From Alphaproteobacteria bacterium (lineage in GTDB: Bacteria; Pseudomonadota; Alphaproteobacteria; UBA6615): 64,000 bases of DNA. Of this stretch, positions 47,826-58,416 are shown piece after piece. Position numbers and translations under genes: made by a program. The notes under the pieces are model-generated. The model saw only the letters and a list, made by a program, of their open reading frames with translations. It did not search any database and was not told the origin of the DNA. Location: assembly GCA_965261975.1 (NCBI GenBank), contig CBDHEC010000056.1:1-64000 (forward strand), read 5' to 3'. Numbering within the stretch: the stretch's first letter is position 1; each line of letters starts with the position of its first letter.

Positions 47826-48407
47826 TTAATGGTTGTGGCCGCTGTGACCACCATGCCCCTTCGGTTTTTCAGCCTTTGGCGCCTCGTTCGAGCCATGCCC
47901 GCTATGGGCACCCGAGCCGTGGTCGCCCGATGACATGGGCGCAGCGTTACCGGATGCCCGGCGCGCGCCCGCCGCTTCCACAACGACTTCGATCTCGACC
48001 CTACCGGCATTCTCGAACACCAACGTCAGGGGGATCACGGTTTCCTCGAACAACGGGGTCTTAAGCCCGATCAGCATGACATGGAACCCACCCGGCTCAA
48101 GCACCGCTTCACCGGTCGCGGGTATCGGCACACCGTCGACCGGCCGCATCCGCATGACATTGTCGACCATGCTGTGACCATGAATTTGTACGGTCTCGGC
48201 ATCGGACGATTCGGCGCCCACCAGTCGATCCGGTTTGTTTTCGTTGGTCGCGATCGTCATGAACACGGCCCCTACTTTCTGGCTCGGGGCGGTCGCGCGT
48301 GACCAGGGATGGGAAATGGTCAGATGCTCGGATTTCTCTTCATGAGCCCAGGCCGGCGCGGACAGGAACAGAAGCGCAAGGAATACAGATACGATACGGG
48401 TGATCAT
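47826..48407 (-). CDS. copper chaperone PCu(A)C
   Basis: Signal peptide, PWSRAT, H-x-M motif, LEPGGFHVMLIGL, His-rich tail. Confidence 0.88.
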   Translation of the reverse strand: MITRIVSVFLALLFLSAPAWAHEEKSEHLTISHPWSRATAPSQKVGAVFMTIATNENKPDRLVGAESSDAETVQIHGHSMVDNVMRMRPVDGVPIPATGEAVLEPGGFHVMLIGLKTPLFEETVIPLTLVFENAGRVEIEVVVEAAGARRASGNAAPMSSGDHGSGAHSGHGSNEAPKAEKPKGHGGHSGHNH

Positions 48408-48430
48408 GCTCGGGTCCGGTTGTGCGGGGG

Positions 48431-49054
48431 CTAGCTATCGGCGCGTGCGCGCATGTGTTGGCGGATGGCGTCGGCCATCTCCTCGGGCGGAGTGCCGTAT
48501 CGAAACATCGAGGCCACCGCTCCCTTTGGATCGATAAGATAAACGAATGACGTGTGATCCATCAGGTAAAAGGTGACATTCGGATCCTCGAAACGCCGGT
48601 AGAAGACACGGTATTTTTCCGCGACGTCCTTGATCTCAGCGTCCGTGCCGGTCAGCCCGATCAAACGGTCGTGGAACAGCGGCACATACTCCGCCAGGAT
48701 TTCGGGCGTATCGCGCTCCGGGTCGATGGTGATCATCACCGGTGTCACCCGTTCGCCTGCTTCGCCCAGCTCGTCGATCGCGACCGCAATCTCACCGAGC
48801 TCTGTTGTACAGATGTCCGGGCAGAATGTGTAGCCGAAATAGATGAGGGCGTATTTTCCGCGCAGCGCCTCGTCATTCATTCGCGAACCGGTGTGGTCGG
48901 TCAGCTCGAACGGTCCGCCGATACTGACATTCACGACCATTCCCCCGACCGGGGCGCTCTCGGGGGTTTCGGCGACCCTGAGGTTGAGCCAGGCGCCGAG
49001 CGCAAACACGGCCACGACGAGGGTGACGACGAGAATGGGGAGCTTGCGATTCAT
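48431..49054 (-). CDS. SCO/SenC copper chaperone
   Basis: [32 protein letters not shown]. Confidence 0.92.
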   Translation of the reverse strand: MNRKLPILVVTLVVAVFALGAWLNLRVAETPESAPVGGMVVNVSIGGPFELTDHTGSRMNDEALRGKYALIYFGYTFCPDICTTELGEIAVAIDELGEAGERVTPVMITIDPERDTPEILAEYVPLFHDRLIGLTGTDAEIKDVAEKYRVFYRRFEDPNVTFYLMDHTSFVYLIDPKGAVASMFRYGTPPEEMADAIRQHMRARADS

Positions 49055-49292
49055 GGCGGGGAGTAAGGACGAGCGCCCTTGCCTGTGCAATGCGTCGCCC
49101 TGTCGCACATCGCTCACATTTTCGTTCTCGTCCCGTCAATCGGGTGTCCGACGACCGAAATCCGAGCCTCAATTAATGCGAAAGCCGCCCCAATCGGGCC
49201 GCAAATGCGCCATAATGCCGAACGATCGTGTCCTGGCGACGGCGATTTCCGCTGCGCGACGTGTTTCGATCACACGAAAGGGGATTCCGGAC

Positions 49293-49988
49293 ATGACACA
49301 GACAATTGCGTTGGTGGATGACGACCGCAACATCCTGACATCGGTTTCGATGGCCCTGGAAGCCGAAGGGTATAGCGTCAACACCTACGCCGACGGCGAT
49401 GAGGCGCTCAATGGTTTAAGCCAGATGCCGGTCGATCTTGCGGTCCTGGACATCAAGATGCCTCGCATGGACGGCATGGAGCTGCTCGGCAAATTGCGCA
49501 AATCCTCTCGGATGCCGGTGATCTTTCTGACGTCTAAGGACGATGAGATCGATGAGGTCCTCGGCTTGCGGATGGGGGCGGATGACTACATCACCAAGCC
49601 GTTTTCGCAACGGCTGCTGATCGAACGTATCCGGGCGATCCTGCGTCGAGCGGATGTGGGTGAGAGTCCCGGCGAAAGCGACGATGCCGTGATCGAACGC
49701 GGCGACCTTGTGATGGACCCCAACAGGCATCTGTGTTCGTGGCGCGGCGAGGAAGTGACCCTGACCGTCACCGAATTCCTGATCCTCGAAGCGCTCGCGC
49801 AGCGCCCCGGTCATGTCAAAAGCCGAGACCAGCTGATGGACGCGGCCTATGGTGAAAACATCTATGTTGATGACCGGACGATCGACAGCCACATCAAACG
49901 GCTGCGCAAGAAGTTCCGTCAGGTCGACAATGTGTTCGGCCAGATCGAGACCCTGTATGGGATCGGGTATCGCTACAAGGACGCCTGA
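49293..49988 (+). CDS. chvI: response regulator ChvI
   Basis: [57 protein letters not shown]. Confidence 0.95.
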   Translation: MTQTIALVDDDRNILTSVSMALEAEGYSVNTYADGDEALNGLSQMPVDLAVLDIKMPRMDGMELLGKLRKSSRMPVIFLTSKDDEIDEVLGLRMGADDYITKPFSQRLLIERIRAILRRADVGESPGESDDAVIERGDLVMDPNRHLCSWRGEEVTLTVTEFLILEALAQRPGHVKSRDQLMDAAYGENIYVDDRTIDSHIKRLRKKFRQVDNVFGQIETLYGIGYRYKDA

Positions 49989-50092
49989 TTCGGGGTCGAT
50001 CCGACCAGATGGGGCGGCGCGAGGGTGACGCAATCCGTCAGCCGCACGCCGCGAATGCAGGAACGGGGCCTGCCAGGGACCCGGGGGAAAGA

Positions 50093-51844
50093 ATGACGCT
50101 CGATGCCCGCAGCGGAAATCGGTTGTTCCGTGCCAAACGCGACTCTGCCGAGACGGCTGTATCGCGTGATGGCGGGACGCAGGAAGACCCTGCGCGGCGG
50201 ATCGGGCGGGCGCGCGTTCTGTGGGCCTGGCTGCGCCGCCGCCGACCTTCCACATCACTGACCCGGCGTATCCTGGCGATCAATCTCCTGGTGCTTGCGG
50301 TACCGGTGGGGGGATTCTTCTTTCTCGATCAGTATCAGGAAAGCCTGATCGACGCAGAGATCGAGGCCCTTCGCGTGCAGGGTGAGATTTTTGCCGGGGC
50401 GATCGGTGCGGGCGCCGTGCTCGTGGCACCCGGTGTGGGACAGCAGATCGATCCGGGGCGCGCGAGCCTTATGCTGCGGCGCCTGACCGAACCGACCCAG
50501 AACCGGGCGCGGCTGTTTATCGGTAATGGCGTGATGATCACCGATACCCAGTCGCTGCGCAGCGCACGCGGCCCGGTGCGTGTGCAGACCTTGCCGCCGC
50601 CCAAAGGTTTCGCGCCATGGGTGTGGGCGCAAGACCGGTTCGAAGCACTCCTGGACTGGCTGCCCGGGCAGGGCGAATTACCGGTCTATCAGGAACGGAT
50701 ACCGCAACGGGCCAATGACTATCGCGAAGTCACGGTGGCGCTTGCGGGGATACAGGGGGCTGCCGTTCGCCGGCATGAGACCGGCGGTATGGTGATTTCC
50801 GTTTCGGTCCCGATTCAGCGATACCGCCAGGTCGTCGGTGCGCTGATGCTGTCGCGCGGCAGCGGTGAGATCGAACGCGCCATGCGGGCAATCCGTATCG
50901 ATATTCTGCAGGTCTTCGGCGTGGCGTTCGCCGTCACGATCCTGCTCTCGGTGTATCTGGCGGCGACCATTGCCCGGCCGCTGCGGCGGTTGGCCGTGGC
51001 GGCGCAACGCGTACGCAGCGGGTCGGGCCGCGACGTGACGATGCCGGACTTTGCAAACCGGCGCGACGAGATTGGTGATCTGGGCCGTGACCTGGGGGCC
51101 ATGACCGAGGCCCTGTGGCTGCGCATGGATGCGATCGAGCGGTTCGCCGCCGATGTTGCCCATGAGATCAAGAATCCACTGACGTCGCTGCGCAGCGCGG
51201 TTGAAACCGTCGCGCGGGTCGAGGATGCCGCGCAGCAGAAGAAACTGATGTCGATCATCCTCGACGATGTCGCGCGCCTCGACCGGCTGATCAGCGATAT
51301 CTCGGATGCCTCGCGGCTGGATGCAGAGCTGAGCCGCGATCCGCCTACGGAGATTGATTTGCGCATTGCGCTGGGTGCGCTTGTGGACGTTCAGTCGGTA
51401 ACGCCGGGCGCCGATATCGTGCTCGACCTCGAGCCGGGCGTCGACCTCTCGGTTTGCGCGTTCGAGGACCGGCTCGGCCAGGTGTTTCGCAACATCATCG
51501 CCAACGCCCAGTCCTTCAGCCCACGAGACGGGAAGATCATCGTCGCGGCGAAACGGCACGTGCGTCGCGATGGCGACATGATCACCGTGACGGTCGATGA
51601 TCAGGGCCCCGGTATTCCCGAGGCCAACCTGGAATCGATCTTCAAGCGATTCTATTCGGACCGACCGACCGAGAGTCCGGATGGTGAAAGCCAGAAATTC
51701 GGAACCCATTCGGGTCTGGGGCTTTCCATCTCACGGCAGATCGTCGAGGCTGCCGGCGGAAGGGTCTGGGCAGAAAATCGCCGGGACATCGGTGATCGGA
51801 TTGCCGGTGCCCGTTTCACGGTCGAGTTTCCGGCTTTCGCCTAG
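50093..51844 (+). CDS. chvG: sensor histidine kinase ChvG/ExoS
   Basis: SLTRRILAINL, QGEIFAGAI, FAADVAHEIKNPLTSLRSAVET, HSGLGLSISRQIVEA. Confidence 0.93.
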   Translation: MTLDARSGNRLFRAKRDSAETAVSRDGGTQEDPARRIGRARVLWAWLRRRRPSTSLTRRILAINLLVLAVPVGGFFFLDQYQESLIDAEIEALRVQGEIFAGAIGAGAVLVAPGVGQQIDPGRASLMLRRLTEPTQNRARLFIGNGVMITDTQSLRSARGPVRVQTLPPPKGFAPWVWAQDRFEALLDWLPGQGELPVYQERIPQRANDYREVTVALAGIQGAAVRRHETGGMVISVSVPIQRYRQVVGALMLSRGSGEIERAMRAIRIDILQVFGVAFAVTILLSVYLAATIARPLRRLAVAAQRVRSGSGRDVTMPDFANRRDEIGDLGRDLGAMTEALWLRMDAIERFAADVAHEIKNPLTSLRSAVETVARVEDAAQQKKLMSIILDDVARLDRLISDISDASRLDAELSRDPPTEIDLRIALGALVDVQSVTPGADIVLDLEPGVDLSVCAFEDRLGQVFRNIIANAQSFSPRDGKIIVAAKRHVRRDGDMITVTVDDQGPGIPEANLESIFKRFYSDRPTESPDGESQKFGTHSGLGLSISRQIVEAAGGRVWAENRRDIGDRIAGARFTVEFPAFA

Positions 51845-51926
51845 CGCCTTGCGGGGCGACAGAATTTCACGCTGTTACCCCTCTCGTCATCTTGTGTATT
51901 TTTATGCACGCGGCTACTGTGCCGGT

Positions 51927-51940
51927 GTCTTATATAAGAC
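51927..51940. promoter_or_regulatory. perfect 14-bp palindrome, candidate GntR/HutC-family operator
   Basis: GTCTTATATAAGAC, 56 bp upstream of the Gfo/Idh/MocA start. Confidence 0.6.
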
Positions 51941-51996
51941 CGGGCTCTTCAGTTGATCCTGAGGCGTCCCGGTCGCTTTGTCTCGGGGGACGGAAA

Positions 51997-53055
51997 ATGA
52001 AACAGATCAATGTAGGCGTCATCGGACCGGGTTGGTGCGGTGGCATTCGGGCAAATGCATGTGCGATCAACCCACATGTGAATGAGCTGCACCTGGCCGA
52101 GATCCGGCCTGATCGCCTTGCCGAGGTCGCCGCCGAGACCAACCCGACATCCACAACCGACGATTATCAACAGATTCTCGCCAATGATTCGGTGGATGCG
52201 ATCTTCATTTCGGCGACGCCGGAATCCACCCATTATCCGATGATCCGGGATTCACTGCTGGCCGGAAAACATGTTTTCGTCGAGAAGCCGATTTCCTCGA
52301 CCATGGAAGAGGCCGATGAGGTCATCAGCATCGCCGAGAAGAAGAACCTGAAACTCTCGGTCGGCTATTCCCAGCGCTTCAAGCCGAAATTCGCCTTTGT
52401 GCACAAGGCGCTGAAGGACGGCTCGATCGGCGAGCCGGTGACCTGCCTGGTGAGCCGCAACGTGACGCGCGAACTTGGTGACAAGATCACCGGCCGCACC
52501 AAGATGTCGCCGGCCGCCATGGAAGCGACCCACGATCTGGATTTTCTGCTTTGGTGCCTGCGCCCGCGCAAGCCGGTTCGGGTCTATTCGCAGCAGTCGG
52601 GCAAGCTCTTTTCCAAAGACAGCGACACCCCCGACCACCAGTGGATCATGGTGACCATGGACGACGGAACGACCATCACGGTCGGTGCGGGCTGGATCCT
52701 GCCTCTGGGCTACAAGAACTACTCCCAGTGCTGGATCGAGGTTGTTGGCACCGACGGCGCGCTGACCATCGACGACACCCATAAGGAAGTACAGGTCAAC
52801 ACGGTCAAGAACGGCATCCAGTATCCGATGTCGACGATGCCGGGCGAGCCCGTCGATCACGTCTTCGCCGGCCCGATGAAGGCTGAGACGGACCATTTCA
52901 TCGAGGCCATTATCTATGACCGGCCGGTCATGGTGAAACCTTCCGAGGCGCGCGAAGTGATGGACGTCTACACGGCGGCCGACCTCTCGGCCGAACGCGG
53001 TGAGCCGGTCTCCCTGCCGCGCAACGATACGTCGAACCCGATGGCCGCCGAATAG
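51997..53055 (+). CDS. Gfo/Idh/MocA oxidoreductase
   Basis: VGVIGPGWCG, HVFVEKP, VGYSQRF, EATHDLD. Confidence 0.88.
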   Translation: MKQINVGVIGPGWCGGIRANACAINPHVNELHLAEIRPDRLAEVAAETNPTSTTDDYQQILANDSVDAIFISATPESTHYPMIRDSLLAGKHVFVEKPISSTMEEADEVISIAEKKNLKLSVGYSQRFKPKFAFVHKALKDGSIGEPVTCLVSRNVTRELGDKITGRTKMSPAAMEATHDLDFLLWCLRPRKPVRVYSQQSGKLFSKDSDTPDHQWIMVTMDDGTTITVGAGWILPLGYKNYSQCWIEVVGTDGALTIDDTHKEVQVNTVKNGIQYPMSTMPGEPVDHVFAGPMKAETDHFIEAIIYDRPVMVKPSEAREVMDVYTAADLSAERGEPVSLPRNDTSNPMAAE

Positions 53056-53076
53056 GCCGCTTGAACGGAGAACAGA

Positions 53077-53847
53077 ATGACGGAAGCAAGTGACGACCGG
53101 ACCTCGGGCAGCTGGTTGAACTTCAACACCGCGTTCGGTGTCTTCGCCATCGTGTTTGGCGTGGTGTTGTTCATCATCACGCCCGATCAGGTTGATCGTC
53201 CGCGCCTGTTGTTCGGGCAGAAGCCCTCGGGGCTCGATCCTGATTTCTTCCCGCGCATGGTCGCGCTGTTCTTCGTCATCGTGGGGGTCTGGCTGATCTG
53301 GCGGGCGCGTACGCTGCGTGAAGACAACGACATGGCGGCGCTCGATTCCGAAGGGATCATGAGTGTCCTGTTCACGATCGGCGGCTTCATTGTCATGGCG
53401 GCTCTGATGCCGTGGCTGGGTTTCGTGATTTCGTCGTTCATTTTGCTGGCCGTGCTCTCGACCTTCGCGCGCATCGACGGGCCCGAAATGGGGCTGCGCC
53501 CGGCCGGGACCACGCCGGGGCCGGCGATCCAGATGGGCAGCTTCCGCACCAAGATCCTGGCCGACGAGTATGACGTGGGCCAGTGGTATGCGCAGTATCG
53601 ACTGCCCGCCATGGCGCGGATGCCCGGCTGCATCGCGGCACGGGTGATGGTCTCGCTCGCCGGCTGGGCCAAGTATTCTGTGATGTACGAATTCACCTCG
53701 CTCCAGGCCCGGCTCGAGAATTTCGAGGAACCCCATGAGGCCCTCGCGCTCGACGAGAATGAATGGACCGGCCGGGTCATCCGCTACACCATGCACACGC
53801 CGGGGTCCCCGACAGTGGGCGAGCGCATCTGGCCGCCGGTTGAGTAG
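53077..53847 (+). CDS. chimeric ORF: TctB-like membrane N-terminus fused to a soluble EthD/DUF4286-like C-terminal fragment
   Basis: Four hydrophobic segments with GLDPDFFP and LMPWLGFVISS, then an abrupt change near 53468 to QWYAQYRLPAMARMPGCIAAR...YSVMYEF...RIWPP. Confidence 0.55.
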   Translation: MTEASDDRTSGSWLNFNTAFGVFAIVFGVVLFIITPDQVDRPRLLFGQKPSGLDPDFFPRMVALFFVIVGVWLIWRARTLREDNDMAALDSEGIMSVLFTIGGFIVMAALMPWLGFVISSFILLAVLSTFARIDGPEMGLRPAGTTPGPAIQMGSFRTKILADEYDVGQWYAQYRLPAMARMPGCIAARVMVSLAGWAKYSVMYEFTSLQARLENFEEPHEALALDENEWTGRVIRYTMHTPGSPTVGERIWPPVE

Positions 53848-53852
53848 GCCCG

Positions 53853-54776
53853 ATGAGCGAGTTTGATATCCGGTTCTCCGGTTACCAGGGGCCGCGCTCG
53901 GTCCACAACCGGGCGGTGGGTGTGTTCGCCGAGAGCCTGTCGGGCGCACTCGGCGACCGGGTCGCGTTCGAGCATACCCTCAACGTGACGGAGCAAGGCC
54001 GCAAGGCCGCCGATCTGCTCGAAATGGTCGCCACGGGCGAGACCACGCTGTGTTACTTCTCGTCGAGTTACCTCGCCGACAAGGTGCCCGAGATTGCGCT
54101 GTTCGACCTGCCCTTCCTGATCCGTGACCGGGCCCAGGGGCACGCCATGCTTGATGGGCCGCTGGGCCAGTTGATCATGGACAAGATGGCCGAGGTGGCG
54201 GATTTCCGGATCGTCGCCTGGTGGGACAACGGGTTCCGGCACTTCTCGAACGGGGTCCGGGCCATCCGGCGTCCGGAGGATTGCGCGGGACTAAAAATTC
54301 GTACCTTGTTCAGCGCGCTGCAGCAGGAAAGCTTCGCCGCGATGGGCTTCGAGCCGGTCCCGCTCGACGTGGCCGAGTTGCCCGGCGCGTGCGCCGATGG
54401 AACGGTCGATGCCCAGGAAAACCCGCTGACAAATACCTACAACTTCGCGATCCACGAGCATCATCACTGGATCACCCGGTCCGGGCACTTCTTCGGCCCC
54501 TGCGTGGTGTTGGCGCACAAGGCGACCTGGGATGCCTGGCCGGATGATGTGCGCATGGCGGTAGAGGCAGCACTGGCCGCGGCGACGCCTGCCCAGCGCG
54601 GCTTTGCGGCGGGCGACGATGCGGAGATCGCCGCGAAGCTGCTGGACGCGGGCAATGAGCTGATCGACCTGTCGGAAGACGAGCGCGCGGCCTTTGTTGC
54701 CGCCGTGGCGCCCGTGGTTGAGCGCAACCTCGCGGGGTTGCGCGACGAGCTGTTCGAGTATCTGCCGAAGGGTTAG
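53853..54776 (+). CDS. TRAP transporter DctP-like solute-binding protein
   Basis: LFDLPFL, WDNGFRHF, GLKIRT, VDAQENPL; no signal peptide visible. Confidence 0.85.
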   Translation: MSEFDIRFSGYQGPRSVHNRAVGVFAESLSGALGDRVAFEHTLNVTEQGRKAADLLEMVATGETTLCYFSSSYLADKVPEIALFDLPFLIRDRAQGHAMLDGPLGQLIMDKMAEVADFRIVAWWDNGFRHFSNGVRAIRRPEDCAGLKIRTLFSALQQESFAAMGFEPVPLDVAELPGACADGTVDAQENPLTNTYNFAIHEHHHWITRSGHFFGPCVVLAHKATWDAWPDDVRMAVEAALAAATPAQRGFAAGDDAEIAAKLLDAGNELIDLSEDERAAFVAAVAPVVERNLAGLRDELFEYLPKG

Positions 54777-54799
54777 CGGTTGGGCGTGTCCGCCGCCCG

Positions 54800-55686
54800 C
54801 TACTCCATCTCCCGGATTTCGTCGAAGACGGATACAGCAGGCTGTAATCGTCCTCTGCCATGCCGCGCTCGATGGCCTTGTTCAGGAACGCGCTGGTCTC
54901 GCGGGCGTAACGCGCATCCATGTCGAGGCTCTCGGCCAGGCGCACCGCCATCCCCAGATCCTTGTTCAAATTGTAGACCCGGGAGCGCGCGTCCCACTTC
55001 TCCGACAGGATGTGCTTGGGAAACCGCGCCTCGGTCGCATAGCTGCGGGCGTTCGAGACGTTGAACACGTCGATCATGTCCGCAAGTTTGAGACCCGCGC
55101 GTTCGGCCATCCGGCCCGCTTCGCAGGTGGTCAGGAAGACGGCGTGCACGACCATGTTGTGGATCAGCTTCATGGCGTGGCCCGCGCCCACATCGCCGAG
55201 ATAGAAGATGTTCGCCGCGATCGCGTCGAGCTTGGGGCGGCAGGCCTCGAAGGTGGGTTCATCGCCGCCGATCATCAGGGTCAGGGTGCCGGCATCGGCG
55301 CCCGTCGCACCGCCGCTCATCGCCGCGTCGAGATAGGCGATGCCATGATCGGCCGCGCGGGCCGCGATCCGCTTCGTGTCCTCCGGAAACGACGTGGTCA
55401 GGTCGAAGATGATGGTGCCCTCACCGGTCATGGCGAGGACGCCGTCGGGGCCTTCGAAGGAGGCCTCGATCTCGGGCGAGGCGGGCACCACATAGATCAT
55501 CATGGCGCCGGCGGCCGCCATTTCGCCCGGGCTCATGACATGCGTGTCCGAACGGGCCTCGAACGGCGCGCGGGCGTCGGCATTGGTGTCCCATACGGCC
55601 GTCGTGTGGCCGGCCTTGGCGAAATTGTCGGCGATGCCACGGCCCATATTGCCGAGCCCGATAACACCGATTTCCGGTGTGGTCAT
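54800..55686 (-). CDS. 3-hydroxyisobutyrate dehydrogenase-family NAD(P) oxidoreductase (1-bp deletion near the 3' end)
   Basis: GVIGLGNMG, YLDAAMSGG, MKLIHN; likely true end (V)FDEIREME* lies in a shifted frame after SLLYP at about 54829. Confidence 0.8.
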
Positions 55687-55720
55687 GATCATTCTCCGAT
55701 TGGTTTAGTAGCTGGGCCCG

Positions 55721-56527
55721 TCAGCCTCGTTCGGCGACGTAGCTGTAGTCAGCGGTGTTGCAGCGGCTCAGCCGCCACTCGATAGGGCGCCCGTCGATGG
55801 TGACTGCGACCCGGTCTATTTCGAGCAGGGGCGCGCCGGGCATGACGCCCAGGAGCTGTGCCTCGAGCGGGTCGGCGGCGACAGCGCGCACGGACTCGCC
55901 AGCCTTGGCAACGGTGATACCGTATTCCCCCTGGAAGAAACGGTACAGGTTCTCGGGCAACTTGGTCTCGCCACCGAGACCGGGGAAGAGTTTCTGGGGC
56001 AGGGTGAGGCGTTCGACGATGGCCGGGCTGTCTTTTAGCGATCGCACCCGGTGGAGCGCGATAACCGCATCACCCGCATCGAGTTGAAGCCGGTTTCGCT
56101 CGTCTTCGGTTGCGGCGTGCTGCTCGCAGGCCAGGATCCGGCTCATGGGCATGGCGCGCTCGCCGTCCGGGCCAATGAGGTTGAAGTAGAAGAAAAGGGC
56201 GCGCCGTTCGGTGTATTCGGAAACGAAGGTTCCGCGTCCCTGTCGGCGTTCCAGAAGGTTCTCGGACACCATGTCGTTGAGGGCCTTGCGGACGGTCCCC
56301 TGGCTCACCGACAGTTCGCTTGCGAGGTCGAACTCGCTCGGCAACATATCGCCGGGTTTCCAGTAATTGTCGATCAGCCTGCCGCGGATGATCTCCTCGA
56401 CCTGGGCGTAAAGCGGCTTGCCCGGCGCGCGTTTCAGGCGCGGCGCCTTGGCCCGGTTCGATGGGGCCTTCCTGGTCTTGGCCGCTCGCGGCTTTGCCGT
56501 GTTTTCGGACTTGGCATTTCTCGCCAT
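55721..56527 (-). CDS. GntR/HutC family regulator with UTRA domain
   Basis: PLYAQV, LPSEFDLASELSVSQGTVRKAL, RRQGRGTFV, PLLEIDRVA. Confidence 0.9.
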   Translation of the reverse strand: MARNAKSENTAKPRAAKTRKAPSNRAKAPRLKRAPGKPLYAQVEEIIRGRLIDNYWKPGDMLPSEFDLASELSVSQGTVRKALNDMVSENLLERRQGRGTFVSEYTERRALFFYFNLIGPDGERAMPMSRILACEQHAATEDERNRLQLDAGDAVIALHRVRSLKDSPAIVERLTLPQKLFPGLGGETKLPENLYRFFQGEYGITVAKAGESVRAVAADPLEAQLLGVMPGAPLLEIDRVAVTIDGRPIEWRLSRCNTADYSYVAERG

Positions 56528-56658
56528 GAACCGATCCGCCTCCCCGCTGTCGACATACAGGACCCCGGGGGCCCCGCAGCGCGGGACATGCGCGCCGTCA
56601 GCCCGTTTTTAATACGTGTCGGTGCTGGGGGCGTCAATCTGCCGTGGCCGCAGCGGCC

Positions 56659-57054
56659 TCAATCCAGTTCGCGCGACCCCGATGCGAAGCCGACCTTGAC
56701 CGTGATGGTGCCCTCGTTCACCAGCCAGGGCTGCACATGATGGTTGCGCGCGCCGGATGCGTGCATCGGATCGGCGGCCGCGATTTTCTCGGCCTCGGCG
56801 AAGTTTTCCGCACGGATAACGACCATCCCCGAGCCGGACCATGTCTCGCCGCCGCGATCGCCCATGGGGCCGGCGGCAAACATCACGCCGGTATCCTCGA
56901 GCATCCGCTGATAGGCAAGATGCTCGGTGATATTCTCCATGATCGGCTCCATCCCGTTGGCGGGATAGGTGAAGACGACGAAAAGTTCCTTGCCGAGGAA
57001 GTTATTGTTCTTCGCCCGTTCGAGCATATGCTCCCAGGTTCGCGTGTCCGACAT
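56659..57054 (-). CDS. YciI family protein
   Basis: EHLAYQ, FAAGP, AAADPMH, WLVNEG. Confidence 0.8.
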   Translation of the reverse strand: MSDTRTWEHMLERAKNNNFLGKELFVVFTYPANGMEPIMENITEHLAYQRMLEDTGVMFAAGPMGDRGGETWSGSGMVVIRAENFAEAEKIAAADPMHASGARNHHVQPWLVNEGTITVKVGFASGSRELD

Positions 57055-57096
57055 GGCTTGTTCCTTCGATGAGAGGTCTCGCGCGTTCTGTGCGCG

Positions 57097-58218
57097 CTAC
57101 TTGTAATAGTCGTCGATTTCCAGCGGCAGGTCGATTCGCTCGCCGAGCTTGGAAGATTTATCCATGGCCATTGTGAGCAACAGGTTGCGGTGGCCGTCCT
57201 GGGCTGTGGCGTGGGGCGTGTCGAGGCCCGCGCACAGGCGCTGATACCAGGAGAAGGTCTCCTCGCGCATCGGCCCCCAGAGCTGGTTGTTGTAGATATC
57301 TCCGGGCGGGTAGCTGGTCATGAAATCCACATGGCGCTGGAACTCGGGCTCGAACCCGTCCGGCGCGTAGCCCGCACCCTGAGGTACCTCCGACGCAATG
57401 ATCATGTCGCGATGGGTGTCCTCGATATCGATCACGCCCTTATCGCCGATGATTCCGATCTCCAGTCCGTAGACAGCCCCCGGCCAGATGATCGGGGCGG
57501 CCCAGGAGATGTTCATGGAGAACATGGTGCCGTCGTCCATGGTGAAGATGCCGAAGGTGGAATCCTTGGTGCCGTACTGCGCCATGGCCTTGTCATTCGA
57601 CTGGGCGTAGAGCGAGACGGGGGTTTTCCCCTCCATCAGCCACATGCACATGTCGAGCGCGTGGGTGCCCGACACCACCATCGGCGTCAGATTCTCCCGC
57701 TGGTTCGTGCGCGCGACCGTCGCGATGGGAACCATCCGGTTCATGATCGCACGGGTGACCACGCCGGTGACCTCGCCGATCTGGCCGGTGACGAGGCGTT
57801 CCTTGACGGTCAGGAACCGGCGTCGGAAGCGCTGGGTGTAACCGACCACGGCATCGACGCCGTTGGTCTCGATCGCGCTGAGAACCGCCAGGGATTCTCG
57901 TACGTCGGTGGCCAGCGGCTTCTCGATGAAGAGCGCATGGCCCAGGTCCGCAGACATGACCGTCGGGCCCATGTGATGATTCTCATCGGTCGCGATGATC
58001 ACGGCGTCGACCTCGGGCCGCTTGATCAGTTCCTCGTAGCTGGCAGTGTGGAAGTCGGCGTTGGTGTCGTTGGCCAGCCTCTCGCGCAGGTCATCCTTGA
58101 TGTCGCACAGGCCGAGCCAGCCGATGCCGGGATAGTCGCGTGCAAACTCCGCGCGGATTCGACCGATCGTGCCGCAGCCGATGACCGCCAGGCCGATTGT
58201 TTTCTTTTCGTCGCTCAT
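57097..58218 (-). CDS. Gfo/Idh/MocA oxidoreductase
   Basis: VIGCGTIG, IEKPLA, VGYTQRF, SGTHALD. Confidence 0.88.
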   Translation of the reverse strand: MSDEKKTIGLAVIGCGTIGRIRAEFARDYPGIGWLGLCDIKDDLRERLANDTNADFHTASYEELIKRPEVDAVIIATDENHHMGPTVMSADLGHALFIEKPLATDVRESLAVLSAIETNGVDAVVGYTQRFRRRFLTVKERLVTGQIGEVTGVVTRAIMNRMVPIATVARTNQRENLTPMVVSGTHALDMCMWLMEGKTPVSLYAQSNDKAMAQYGTKDSTFGIFTMDDGTMFSMNISWAAPIIWPGAVYGLEIGIIGDKGVIDIEDTHRDMIIASEVPQGAGYAPDGFEPEFQRHVDFMTSYPPGDIYNNQLWGPMREETFSWYQRLCAGLDTPHATAQDGHRNLLLTMAMDKSSKLGERIDLPLEIDDYYK

Positions 58219-58416
58219 TGTTGCTCTTCTCCACTGCACGCGTTGTCACACGCGGTTATCCGACCGATCACCGGCCCTGTTCGGGTGCTGATATAGCATG
58301 TGTTGCAGCATCCGGCTGTTCCGCTTGGGCAAAACTTACACGCACTTGTGGAGACCTGCGCAAGGGCGCGCTAGAACGGATTGCGTGTGGTGCGCGGCGG
58401 AGCCGGGAACAGGTCC

